NCBI RefSeq assembly: GCF_009914755.1
Contig: NC_060929.1
Strand: one strand, 5' to 3'
Source of the DNA: the human T2T-CHM13v2.0 reference genome, Homo sapiens
Length of the DNA: 64,000 nucleotides
Every line of letters starts with the position of its first letter. The first letter of the stretch is position 1. The translations under genes were made by a program, and so were the position numbers. A model generated the notes under the pieces. The model ran no database searches. It had not been told where the DNA came from and saw only the letters and a list, made by a program, of their open reading frames with translations. This document shows positions 1 through 13,005 of this stretch, in pieces.

Positions 1-102
1 CAGAATTTGAAATGTATTTATACAGAAAGGCATGATTACAAAAAGATTTAAGACATAAAATCATGGAGAACATATTTGCAAATGTATAGCAAAGTCTCAG
101 CC

Positions 103-534
103 TGCTATATAGGAATACCTGAGGCTGGGTCATTTATAAGGAAAAGAGGTGTATTTGTCTCACAGTTCTTCAGGTTGTACCAAAGCATGGCGCAGGCATC
201 TGCTTCTGGTGAGGGCCTCAGGAAGCTTCCGATCATGGTGGAAGGCAAAGGGTAGCCAGACTCACTTGAAGAGAGAGGCAGAAAGAGAGAAGAAGGAAGA
301 GACAGGAGGAAAGAGAGAGTGGAGAGAAGTGCCAGGCCCGTTTTAACAACCAGCTCTCGGGGCACATCTCCCAGGGAATAACAGAAGAACTCACTTATTA
401 CCTCAAGGAAGGCACCAAGTCTTTCATGAAGGATCCACCCCATGACCCAAATACCTTCCAAGATGCCCCACCTGTAACACTGGAGATCAAATTTCATCCT
501 GAGAATTGGAGGGTCAAATATCCAAACTATAGCA
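103..534 (-). mobile_element. MaLR solo LTR, MST family (MSTC/MSTD-like)
   Basis: Typical MST motifs 'aatacctgaggctgggtcatttataaggaaaagaggt' and 'ctgcttctggtgagggcctcaggaagctt'. It ends 'caaatatccaaactatagca', the reverse complement of the MST start TGCTATAGTTTGGATATTTG. Confidence 0.85.
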
Positions 535-1142
535 GGTACTAACCTTAATAGATAAAAGTTCTCATGAACCATTTAAAAAATATCTATGTGGTTGTTTGTC
601 AGCTCTCCCTGCTTTGCTGGCAGTGAGAGTGTCTCCGTGTGCACCAGCCACACGAGGAACATTCTCAGTGCAGCTGCTTTAAAAAAATAAAAATAAAAAT
701 ATTTAAAAATACCCAATAATACAACTTTATACATTACAATGAACATAGAAAATGGTGCTAACATTTAATAATACATAAAGAAATGCACACTTTAAATGCA
801 TTCAGTGCTTGAATGTGGAAACAATGACAGTTTTCAAACATCAAATATATAAAAAAAAAACTAATTGATAATCACCATCATAATAAATAATAAATGGGGG
901 ATTATAAAATACCTTTATTAAAGGCTTTTCATTCACAATATCTTTCAGTAATAAAAAATGAGAATCAGTGCCTATGTCATTTAGAGACTGAGTAGTCTAT
1001 AAACAGATTATAATAGACATTGAAAGTTAGAATTTTAATTTTATTGATATGAGAGAGTTTTGTAGCATACATTTCAGTGAAAGTAACAGGTATTTAAATA
1101 TTTCTTAGTGTTATACTATTATATAATATGTTTAATCAAATA

Positions 1143-1235
1143 GTATGTGTGTATATATATATACACATATACACAGATACATATATACACATACATATAC
1201 ATATACTATATATATACACATATATGTATATATAT
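1143..1235. repeat. (TA)n/(TACA)n degenerate microsatellite
   Basis: Alternating TA/CA/TG run seen directly, abutting the Alu tail. Confidence 0.9.
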
Positions 1236-1245
1236 GACATTCCTC

Positions 1246-1530
1246 TTTTTTTTTGAGTTGGAGCTTCACTCTTGGCATCCAGTCTGGAGTGCAATGGCGC
1301 AATTTCCGCTCACTGCAAACTTCGCCTCCAGGTTCAAATGATTCTCCTGCCTCAGCCTCCCAAGTAGCTGTGATTACAGGTACCTGCCACCATGCCCGGC
1401 TAATTTTTGTATTTTTAGTAGAGACGGGGGTTTCACCACGTTGGCCAGGCTGGTCTCGAACTCCTGACCTGAGGCCCACCTCAGTCTCCCAAAGTGCTGG
1501 GATTACGGGCGTGAGCCACCACGCCCAGCC
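1246..1530 (-). mobile_element. Alu, AluS class (Sp/Sq-like)
   Basis: T-tail, then 'gagcttcactctt...gagtgcaatggcgc' through 'gagccaccacgcccagcc'. Small deletion near 1470. Confidence 0.95.
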
Positions 1531-1577
1531 AGCAGACATATTTCGTTTTGCCAACACAATATTTTTCTTTTAATTAG

Positions 1578-1919
<342 letters not shown>

Positions 1920-2047
1920 GATCAGACATTTTTCACATAAAACTCTAGATTTCTGACTTCTGAGAAATCCAAAGATTTGGCACCAGTGGCCCCACCTTTC
2001 AGAAAAGGAGCATAAACGAGGACTCTAGCACTGAGTTACCTAAGTGT

Positions 2048-2620
2048 TCCTTGAATACAAGCACTAGTGATAACTCAACAGTCAGTCTAACTGAGATGGC
2101 TACTCAGTGACGAATGGACAGGGAGAATGCACAGGGTGGAGCTGGTGGACAAAGACAGGATTCAAGTATGTCCCTGCCAGGATGGAGCCCATGGTGTGAG
2201 CTTTCGTCACCCTTCTCCAAATGGTGCTCAATTTAAAACTGATGAATTGTATGTATATTTCTGGAATTTTCCATTTATGTCACAATGCTTACATCATTCA
2301 CCTCACTTCATCTTATTATGTAAGCATTTTATCTCTTCACATCATCACAAGAAGGGTGAGTATAGTACAATAAAATATTAGAGGGAGAGAAAGAGACTAC
2401 ATTCACATAACTTTTATTACAGTATATTGTTACAATTCTTCTTCTCTCTTTTTAGTTATTGTCACTAATCTCTGTGCCTACCTAATAAACTAAACTTAAT
2501 CATAGGTATGTATGCATAGGAATAAAAAATAGTTTATATAGGATTTGGGTGCTATCCACGGTTTCAGGCACCCACTGGTGATCTTGGGACGAGCCCTGCA
2601 AGGGTAAGAGGGGATTGTTG
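2048..2620. mobile_element. MER44/Tigger7-family DNA transposon remnant, internally rearranged
   Basis: 2278-2620 matches the MER44 right arm ('cattcacataacttttattacagtatattgtta', also present in the copy at 39.7 kb) and ends in a degenerate TIR followed by TA. 2048-2277 matches the reverse complement of the MER44 left-internal segment. Confidence 0.8.
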
Positions 2621-3198
2621 TAATCATATTTCGATTGCATTTGTACTCTTATTTTCCTTTGGCAGGAAAATATCTCTTACATTATTTGCCCTCCCTCATT
2701 TGCATGTCCTGCAAGTGTTTGTTCGCATTGTTGATCTGCTCTTCTCGACCTGCTTCCATTTCAGGAACCAGTAAAAAGAGGATAGATACATTGAACTTCA
2801 CTTTTCCCTGACATGTTATAATCAAATGCCCAAACCTTCTGACTAGACTTTCTGTTTAGCCTTTAACTTCAATGATGTTTTTTGCAAACTCATACTCATT
2901 CCCAGATCTTCGGGACGTGGCATTGCCATTTTAGATCTAGGTGATTTTTCCCTATGCATGTGTTTTTTTCTCTATTAGTCAATATACTTTTCATTGCTAT
3001 AATGTGAGAATGTTTTTGAAGTCTTATTTTCTATGCCCCATTTTTGGTGGGCATTACTCATTCTATAAAATTCATCAAAACTGCAATTTTATTGATAAGG
3101 TTTTTTCTTCCTTATTAAAAATAGGAAACTTGGTGCTCTATGTGTAATCAAACAAAGCTGAAAGACTGAATAAAATGAAAAGCATAGAGTAAGCCTTT

Positions 3199-5429
3199 TG
3201 TATTATTCCGTTCACACACTGCTAATAGAGACATACCCAAGACTGGGTAGTTTAATTGACTTACAGTTCAGCATGGCTGGGGAGGCCTCGGGAAACTTAC
3301 AATCATGGTAGAAGGGGAAGCAAACATATACTTCTTCACATGGCGTTTGGCAACAGAGCATGTGAGGGGAACCACCTTTTATAAAGCCATCAGTTCTTGT
3401 GAGGCTTCTTCACTATCATGAGAACAGCACAGGAAAAACCCATCCCCATGATTTAGTTACCTCCCACTTGTTCCCTCCCACATCACGTGGGGATTATGGG
3501 AACCACAATTCAAGATGAGATTTGGGCAAGGACACAGCCAAATCATATCATTCTGCCCCGGCACCTCCTAAATCTCATATCTTCACATTTCAAAACCAAT
3601 CATGCCTTCCCAACAGTCCCCCAAAATCTTAACTCATTTCAGCATTAACTCAAAAGTCCACATACCAAAGTTTCATCTGATACAAGGCAAGTCCCTTCTG
3701 TCTAAGAGCCTGTAAAATAAAAAGCAAGTTAGTTAGTTCTTAGATATAATGGGGGTACAGGCATTAGGTAAATACACGTGTTCCAAATGGGAGAAATTGG
3801 CCAAAATGAGGGGGACAAGGACCTATGCAAACCCAAAATTTAGTGGGGCAGTCAAATCTTAAAGCTCCAAAATGTTCTCCTTTGACTCCAAGACTCACAT
3901 CCAGGTCACGCTGATGCAAGAGGTGGGTTCCCATGGTCTTGGGCAGCTCCACCCGTGTGGCTTTGCAGGGGACAGCCTCCCCCCCAGCTGCTTTCATGGG
4001 CTGGTGTTGAGTGTCTGCAGCTTTTCTAGGCACACAGTGTAAGCTGTTGGTTGATCTACCAATCTGGGTGCTGGAGGATGGTAGCCCTCTTCTCACAGCT
4101 GCACTAGGCAGTACCCCAGTGGCACTCTGTGTAGGGGTTCCCACCACACATTTCCCTTCCACACCGCCCTGGCAGAGATTCTCCATGAGGGCTCTGCCCC
4201 TGCAGCAAACCTCTGCCTGGACATCCAGGTGTTTCCACACATCCTCTTAAATCTAGGTGGAGGTTCCCAAACCTCAGTTCTTGACTTCTATGCATGGGTT
4301 GGCCCAGTACATGTAAGCTGCCAAGACTTGGGACTTGCACCCTCTGAAGCAATCACCTGGGCTGTACATTGGCCCCTTTCAGCCATGGCTGGAATGCAAG
4401 GCACCACTCCCGAGACTGCACAAAGCAGCAAGGCCCTGGACCCAGCCCATGAAACCATTTTTTCCTCCTATGCCTCTGGGCTTGTGATGGGAGGGGCTGC
4501 TTTGAAGACTCTGACGTGCCCTGAAGACATTTTCCCCGTTGTCTTGGCGATTAACATTTGGTTCCTCATTACTTATGCAAATTTCTGCAGCCAGCTTGAA
4601 TTTCTCCTCAGAAAATGGGTTTTTCTTTTCTATCATATTGTCAGGCTGTAAATTTTCTGAACATTTATGGTCTGCTTCCTCTTGAACGCTTTGCCACTCA
4701 GAAATTTCTTCTGCCAGATACCCTAAATCATCTCTCTAAAATTCAAGGTTCCACAGATCTCTAGGGCAGGGGTAAATGCCACCAGTCTCTTTGTGTAGAG
4801 AGTGACCTTTAACTCCAGTTTCCAACAGTTTATTCATCTCCATCTGAGACCACCTCAGCCTGAACTTTATTGCCCATATCACTATCAGCTTTTTGGTCAA
4901 AGCCATTCAACAAGTCTCTAGGAAGTTCCAAACTTTCCCACATTTTCCTGTCTTCTTCTGAGCCCTCCAAACGCTTTCAACCTCTGCCTATTGCCCAGTT
5001 CCAAAGTCACTTCCACATTTTCGGTATCCTTACAGCAATACCCTGCTCTACTGGTAACAATTTACTGTATTAATCCATTTTCATGCTGCTGTGAAGAAAT
5101 ATCTGAGACTGAAATTTATAAAGGAAAGGAAGTTTAATGAACTTGCAGTTCCATATGGCTGGGGAGGCCTCACAATCATGGCTGAAGGTGAAGGAGGAGC
5201 AAAGGCACATCTTAAATGGCAGCAGGCAACAGAGCATGTGCAGGGAAACTGCCCTTTTATGACACCATCAGTTCTCTTGAGACTTATTCACTATAGTGAG
5301 AACAACATGGGAAAAACCCATTCCCATGACTCAATTACCTCCCAACCAGGTCCCTCCTATGCTGTGTCAGGATTATGGGAGCTACAGTTCAAGATGAGAT
5401 TTGGGTGGGGACACAGTCAAACTATATCA
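3199..5429 (-). mobile_element. Full-length THE1 (THE1C/D-type) MaLR element: LTR 3199-3550, internal 3551-5065, LTR 5066-5429
   Basis: Both LTRs start tgtatt and end atatca with THE1 motifs ('ggctggggaggcctc', 'caagatgagatttggg'). ~1.5-kb THE1-int sequence between them. 5-bp TSD CCTTT/CCTAT (1 mismatch). Confidence 0.95.
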
Positions 5430-7224
5430 CCTATAAAAAAAGAAGATCATTCAATATGTTAATCAAATGCTCCTATATTTTTCTTAATAAACATAGAAAG
5501 AATATGGGGGCATCTCATATCATTGAAGTCACAAATATCTATTAAGCCTTCTCATTGATTGGGGCTTAAAATCATGCAACAATTGTAAATTTTAAGAGCC
5601 TGGAAAAGGTTTGGTTTTCTTGTTTGTTTTTTGTTGTTGTTGTTGTTGTTTTTAACAATTAACCATGCATCTTCTTTTAAGGGAAAAACCATTAAATACT
5701 TTTTTATGACTTTCTACTTTGCTTTTTTGTTTTAATTTTACTCTCCAGTGGGCCACATCCTACAATCAGTGCTAGGAGGGGAACAGGTATAAGGATTAAA
5801 AAAAAAGAATTAGAGGGAGTTGTATGAAGAGAGAGAGGATGAGTGATGTGTTTCCCTTGAATATTTTATTTTCTTAATTGAAAAGAAAAGTGCTTAGGGC
5901 CCAGGGATACTAAATCATTTTTTGCATGTATAAAGCAGATCAGTGAACCTGTTTATTTTTTCCTAAAACTACTTACCCTGCTGTGTGGAGAGGTAACCAA
6001 AAACATCTATTTCATTATCCTTCTGTACGAACCTCAGCATAAAGGAAAACATATATAAGACACTGTTCTTAATAAAGATCTCTTTAGAAGCCAGGAAAAA
6101 TAAGTAGAGGACTTAGTTTTTTCCAGTATGAAAGAATGAACTAAATTTGTAAAGAAAGTTCTTAGGGTATACAAAATCATCAGTTAAGTAATAGGCCTAT
6201 AATAAATAAGATATATTCACCCTGCTTTTTTTCTTCTCTCTCTCTCCTTTTTGTAGCAGCCTCCACAATGTACTGTATATATTCAAAAGGAAGTTTTCTT
6301 TTTATTTGTCCTGACAAAAACTAATGCAATCATCTCAGTGGGCTGAGAGTTTCCCCAACAGATATATTATGACAGTCTGCTGTCAGGCTTATGATTGCAA
6401 TAATTAGTCTATTAATTTAAAAACCAAAATGGACAAATTTGTATCTTATATCCTATTATTGTATCTTTATATCTCTTGCATATACATTCTTAGGGATTAA
6501 CTTTCCAGTTAGGATATTTTAACATCTGGATTTTATATTTAGATGTCTTAAAACATATTTGTAATGCATACCTTGATGGATATATGTATATACGTATCTT
6601 GCCTTTTTATGAAGAGCTCTTTACCTCCTCAACTTTTAAATCCACTTTTGCTACCTAGTTGAACAAAGTTAATAATTAATTCCAGCTTACTCAAATTCAT
6701 GTCACTGCTAACACTTGAAAAAAAAAGATGATTCCTAATTTATTAGCCTCAGTTTTTAGCTAAAATTAAACTACCTTCTCTGTACAATGAGAATATTAAA
6801 AGGAATCATTAGATCCATTTTTAATTACTTAAAAATAAAATGACCTTTTTCTTCCCTCTTTACAACTCTTACCAAAAAGAATGTCATGAGGTAACTTCTA
6901 GTAGAATTTATCTTACCATTTTGATTAAAATCCATATGTTGCATTTGACATGAGTAAAATATTTAAAATACAGATTCAATTTATAAGAAAAAAAGATTGC
7001 TGAAGTGAAGGCTTTAGAGGTTTCTTTTGAATTTTACCTTTATTACATTAATTGAATTTGGTGAAGAGCTCCATTCTGAAATATTATTCTACTCAATTTG
7101 GAAAACATGTATCACATAATTGGCCTTAAAACTGGAAAGGACTTGAGGATATGACTCATGTGGTATAGAGATCATATCAGTCCAGGGAAGCTTAGTTATA
7201 ACTAGATAATTCGTTCATGTTGCT

Positions 7225-7700
7225 TTATTCATTTAACAAATATTTACCATTACACACGTGACCGTACTAAGAGGATTGGCAAAGCCCTTCCCGCATGTAG
7301 CAGCTCATGTTCTAGTTGGGGAGTCACAAAATAAAAACATAAAAAATAATCATTGCAAGTTCTGATAACTGCTATGAAGGAAATAAATAGGGTACTGTGA
7401 TTGAGAATGGAGGGAAATCATTTATTTAAAGTAGGGAGAGGAGGCATGTCTGTCAGAATAATATTTTAGACAAGCTGAAATGTGAATACTGGGGAGGACT
7501 CAAATGTAGAAAAGTCTTTCCTACAGAAGAAACAGAGCGCAAATGTCCTCAGATTGGGGAAAATTTAGAATATTTTAAAAACTGATAGAAGGCTAGTGTG
7601 ACTACAGCCAAATGACAGAGGATGCAGAGAAACTTTAGGTTCATTGAGAAAGGGTCCCAGTGCCAGAGTTAGCAGTCTTTTAGACAATGGTAAGAAGTTT
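7225..7700 (-). mobile_element. L2 LINE 3' fragment
   Basis: 'ttattcatttaacaaatatttacc' is the reverse complement of the L2 tail, followed by 'gctcatgttctagttgggga' and 'tgataactgctatgaaggaaataaa'. Confidence 0.65.
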
Positions 7701-7878
7701 TAATTTTGAGTATTGATTAATAGATTGTTGTTATGCAAAGAAAAAGATACTATATGAAGGATGGCAGGAGTGAGGGAATGTTAATCTAGTTTCTTTAGTG
7801 AAAAAAAAATCATTCTCTAAAATTCCACTGTTTTATCTAATTATTGCTAGAGATCTTTATGATTAGAAATAATCTGTA

Positions 7879-8159
7879 GGTTGGGCACAGTGGCTCAAGC
7901 CTGTAATCCCGGCACTTTGGGAGGCCTAGGTGGGTGGATCGCTGGAGGTCAGGAGTTTGAGACCAGCCTAGCCAACATGGTGAAACTCCATCTCTACTGA
8001 AAATACGGAAACTAGCCTAGTGTGGTGGCGCGTGCCTGTAACCAGCTACTCAGGAGGCTGAGGCGGGAGAATCACTTGAACCTGGGTGGCGGAGGTTGCA
8101 TTGTGTGAAGATTGCAGCCACTGCACTTCCAGCCAGGCTTAAAAAAACCAAACAAACAA

Positions 8160-8190
<31 letters not shown>
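7879..8190 (+). mobile_element. Alu, AluSx/Sz-like, with truncated 3' body and long A-rich tail
   Basis: 'ggttgggcacagtggctc...gaggtcaggagtttgagaccagcc'. Degenerate TSD agaaataatctgta/agaaaacagtctgta. Confidence 0.95.
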
Positions 8191-8193
<3 letters not shown>

Positions 8194-8843
8194 AGTCTGT
8201 AGAATTACAAACAGAATCCAAAATTTTTTTTTTGAAGTTTGTAAGATTGGCCATACACAATCATAATTATTAGATTTTCACAACACTCAATAAAAATTGG
8301 CCTTTAATGAAGGAATATAGGAAATATGTCAATCATTCCATTTAGCATGAGTCAAAATATAATGGTGATTCCTCCGTCATACTTCAAATATGTAAGTTAA
8401 TTTTATGTTTTGGGCACTTTCAAAATGCTTTAAAAGGAAACATTTGAAAAACATGTAATCAGGTGTGGCATAATCTGACAATGATATTCTCATATCTCCA
8501 TAAAATATTTAAAAATTCTACCATAATTCTACAATAAATTATTTACAAGCGATAAATGTCATATAAACCTTGAAAACAGAGCAGTAAACTTCATAAACTC
8601 ACAGTTTCATTTTTCACTTATAGAACTGCTTTTGAATTCATATACTTAATATTAAAGAGCTTATATTGTATTGCTTACATTTATTCTTTCACAAAATAAT
8701 GATTGTCATACTTTATCACAAGGTACTATTGTATTTTTATATGGAGCAGCTTTTGATATTTTTAGAGTTATTAGAGGGCACTTATAATATCACCAGTCTC
8801 TGGAAATTAATTCTTTGTGTTCATCCAAATTTTATAAAAATAA

Positions 8844-9144
<301 letters not shown>

Positions 9145-10262
9145 ATTAAGTATACTTTTACGAACTTAATATTTAAAATAAACACAATAATTGCTTCCAT
9201 TTTCTCTAAATATTGTAATAAAATGGTAATTTTAGATTGAAAGCATGTAGTGTATATTTGCTGATTTTAATCTAATATTTATAACAGACATTTGGAGATA
9301 AAAGAATACAAGTACTATGTAACAATGATAGCATCCAAGTAAATAGAATGAATTTTTTTTTTTATCATGGGTGTAGAAAAGCAGAACTAAATTACATTAA
9401 AAGTAAGATAGTTGGAGAAAATATAGTTGGGATAGTTTAAAATCTCTTTGCTATGATAGCAGGATTTTAGGATATTTCTTCCATAGTTGAGAAAGAGAAG
9501 TGAAACATTCCACTGAACTGCATAAATATTTTCTACTGTTGCTTTAAAACATATTTACTTACTTCACATTCCTCTTTCAGGCCACCTATCTTTTTTGTAA
9601 TTTATATTTATATCCCATTGTAGGGACTAAGTCAATTAAATAGCCAAAGGTTAAAAAAAACTATAGTAATAACTTTGTAAAAATTATACTAAATTTTCTG
9701 TATAATTTCAATAAATGTTTACAAAATGCTTAATATAATCTGGTTCCCACTGAACACAATGTATGCCCAGTCACCAAATAATTTGTGCAATTCAAAATTG
9801 TCTTCTTTTGAATTATAACTTTTTAATAAAAATATGGTTTTGTTTCACGTTTTTAAAAAGATTATGAAATGCATTTCTGTTTTGTGCTAAGTGTCCTTTA
9901 TTTTATATATGCAAAGGAATGTCTAGAAGTAGAGAATTTAAAAGAAATTTGTCAGACATTTTCACTTCTTTTCTGTATTGTTAGGGAAAATTGTTTTGAT
10001 TAATAATGATACTCAAGAAATTTATTTGGCTCTTTCATTAATTTTTATAATAAGTGAGTGCACAAATTTGAATTATGTTTCATTTCTTACTCTGATTAAA
10101 TTTATTTTATGTACTTCAACTATATGCTCTATCTATAGCTATCAATCACTATAGTAAAAATACCATTTTATATCTCCAAGAAAACATTAGCAAATTCTCC
10201 TTCTGATCAATTAAAAAGTACCATCATCTCATTTTCCTCCAAGAAATGTAAAAGTACTGCTT

Positions 10263-11697
10263 GTGTTAGTTATCTGTTACCCTATATCAAATTACATGAA
10301 AAAATATCAGCTTAAAATAATAAACAACTCAATAATAAATGATAAATGAACCAATTTTAAAAATGGGCAAAAGATTTGAATAGTCATGTGCCCAAAGAAA
10401 GTATAGGAGTGACTAATAGCCACAGAAAGATGCCCAACATCATTAGTCATTAAAGAAATAAAAGTGAAAACCACAATGAGATACCTCTTCACGCTCACTA
10501 GGGTGGCAAATTTCAAAAGGCAGATAATAACAAGTTTTGGCAAGGATGTGGAAAAGTTGGAACCATCATACACTGCTGGTGGGAATGTAAGCTGGTGCAG
10601 CCTCTTTGGAAGACAATCTGGCAGTTCCTCAAAAAGTTAAACATAGAGTTACCATATGATCCAGCAATTCCATTCCTAGGCATATACCCAAGAGAAATGA
10701 AAGCATATGTCCACACAAAAACTTATAAATGAATATTCAAAGCAGCATTATTCACAATAGCCAAAAGTGGAAACAGCTCCAATACCTATCAACTGACGGG
10801 TAGATAAATAAAATGTGTTCTATTATATGGTAAATTATTACATGGTAATAAAAAATAAATGAAATAGTAATACATGCTACAACATGGGTGAATCTTAAAA
10901 ATATTATTAAGTGAAATTAGTCGCAAAGACCACATATTGTATTATTCCATTTGTATGTAATATGCACTGTAAGAAAATGTATACAGACAGAGGAAGATCA
11001 ATGGTTGCCTAGGCCTGAAGGGTAGGAAGTACCAGGTGGGAGGCAAGAGAGTGGGGAGTGGCTGCTGTTAAGTACAGACTTAGTTTTAAGATAATGAAAA
11101 TGTTCTAAAATTAGATCTTGGTGATAGTTGCACAACTCCGTAAATATATTTGGAAACAATGAATTGGACACTTTAAACTGGCAAACTTTATATATATGTC
11201 AATAAAGACAATACAGTAAAAACAATAAGCAATTATTATTTTACTTTTTTGTGTGTGGTATGGACTTAGGAACTTGGGAGCAGCTTACCTGCTCTGTTCT
11301 ATAATAGCTCAAGATTTTCCATGTTGTTGCAGTGAAGATATAACCAGGAACTGCAGCCACTTGAAGGCTTGATGTGGCTGAAGGAGTTACTTCCAGTACG
11401 GATTACTTACATGGCTGTTAGCAGGGGGCCTCAGTTCCTTGCTGTGTGAGTCTCTTCTCTCCATAGGACTGCTTGAGTACCCTCATGACATGACAGATGG
11501 CTTTCCCCAGAGCAAGAAATGCAAAAGAGAAAGGCAGGAGTCACAATATCTTTTGGGACCAGCCACAGATGCCACATACTGTCACTACCACAATATCCTA
11601 ATTGCTACACTAGTCAACCTTATTCACTGTGGGAGGACACTACATAAGTCTATACATTTTAGGAGGTAGGAATCATTGAGGTACAGCTTTAACCATA
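10263..11697 (-). mobile_element. MLT1F-like MaLR LTR split by an L1 (pieces 10263-10325 and 11217-11697)
   Basis: Start 'tgtgttagttatctgtt...cagcttaaaataataaac' resumes at 11217 with 'ctgcagccacttgaaggcttga', 'ggcctcagttcct' and 'ccataggactgcttgagt'. Confidence 0.75.
10326..11216 (+). mobile_element. L1MB-type (MB7/8-like) 3' fragment: ORF2 C-terminus and 3'UTR
   Basis: 'aaatgggcaaaagatttgaatag', 'aaaaccacaatgagatacc', 'ttaaacatagagttaccatatgatccagcaattcc'. Terminal 'tcaataaag'. Degenerate TSD taaaataataaac/taaaaacaataagc. Confidence 0.9.
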
Positions 11698-11699
11698 TT

Positions 11700-12011
11700 G
11701 TTTTTCAATTTTTATATTTTTTGAGACCGGGTCTTGCTCTTATGTCCAGACTAATAGTACATTGGTGCGATCATAGTTCATTATAACCTTGAACTCTTGG
11801 GCTTAAGTGATCCTCCTGCCTCACCCTCCCGAGTAACTAGGACTACAGGTGCACTAGGCTCATCTAATATTTTTTATTTTTATTTTTATTTTTGTAGAGA
11901 CGGGACTCATTATGTTGCCCAGAATGGTCTCAAACTTCTGGCCTCAAGCTCTCCTCCTGCCTCAGCCTCCCAAAGCACTGAGATTAGAGGCATGACCCAC
12001 CACTTGCAGCC
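11700..12011 (-). mobile_element. AluJ (Jo/Jr-like)
   Basis: J diagnostics 'gatcatagttcat...ccttgaactcttgggcttaagtgatcctcc' and 'tatgttgcccag...tggtctcaaac'. Confidence 0.9.
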
Positions 12012-12764
12012 ACGAACGATATTTTTTAACTTCAAATCAAAATACATTGTATAATAAAACAATATTTGAAATAGGGAGTCTGCTATATTACTAATAACTT
12101 TTTAAGCCAGACTTCTCAAATTCGCTCACTCTTTAAAATAAATCCATTGGAACTTATCATATTTGCTATGCCTGTCATAAATGAATCTCATGCTATTCCT
12201 CCCACATTCCTAAGGAATTTCATAAAGATTTTTTTTTTATGGCAACTGAGATGTGCAGAGAGTTGTTAACAACTACTTAGGATTTGTTTAATTGGATAAG
12301 ATAAACAAGGTTACTTAAAATAGTGGTTTCTAAATTTCAGTGCTCTAAGAAAAGCAATTATTTAGCAGGATTTTATTTACATATTTCCCGCTATGGTTTA
12401 CAGACTGAAAAGCTGCTGACATTTGTATTTTTACTAATTATGTTTTTTAATGGTACTTGAATTTAGTTTAGGGTAACTAAATATTAATACATAGAATTAC
12501 AGGCAACTGTGTTATAGACAATGCATGTTCTTAAGTCTTTCTCTTGCTCTTATACCAAGTGAACAAAATGATACTTTACATTTATATGCTGAACTGAATT
12601 ACAGAATCTCTCTGTTTTTTTCTCTCACTATTTTCTGTACATCCTTCAGGATTTACCGCATCATTTCCTCCCTTACCTCCAAAGTTTTTGGTTCACCTCT
12701 GTGCTTCCACTACAATCCACGCTATCACTCTGTCATTTCTGAATTTTGATGAATGACGCGGCCT

Positions 12765-12870
12765 AACATCTAGACTGAGGCTCTTTGCAGGCTTGTGTCC
12801 TTTTTCTCTGAATCTCCAAACCTAGCTTAATGTCTTGCAAATTATAGACACTCAGTAAATGTGGGTTGTT
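12765..12870 (+). mobile_element. L2 3' end fragment
   Basis: 'ctagactgaggctctttgcagg...tagacactcagtaaatgt' resembles the L2 tail. Confidence 0.5.
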
Positions 12871-12939
12871 TACTTAGAGTTGGAAAGGATACACAATGTT
12901 CTGTCTTCCAACTTCCTGCACTAATGCAGAAATGCCTTC

Positions 12940-13005
12940 TACAGCTATCCTGGCAGATGGCATCTAGCTTCTGTTTGGATAAATTCATTGATGAGGAAGA
13001 TGCTT
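12940..13005 (-). mobile_element. Possible L3/CR1 fragment
   Basis: 'cagatggcatctagcttctgtttggataaattcattgatgaggaa' resembles the CR1/L3 3' region. Short and very diverged. Confidence 0.35.

Noticed and set aside
105-572. 155-aa minus-strand ORF
   Set aside because: Coincides with the MST LTR and resembles no protein family I recognise.
3764-4651. Longest cluster of ORFs (158, 140, 85, 82 aa)
   Set aside because: All lie within the THE1 internal region. They are frameshifted MaLR remnants or antisense frames, not a host gene.
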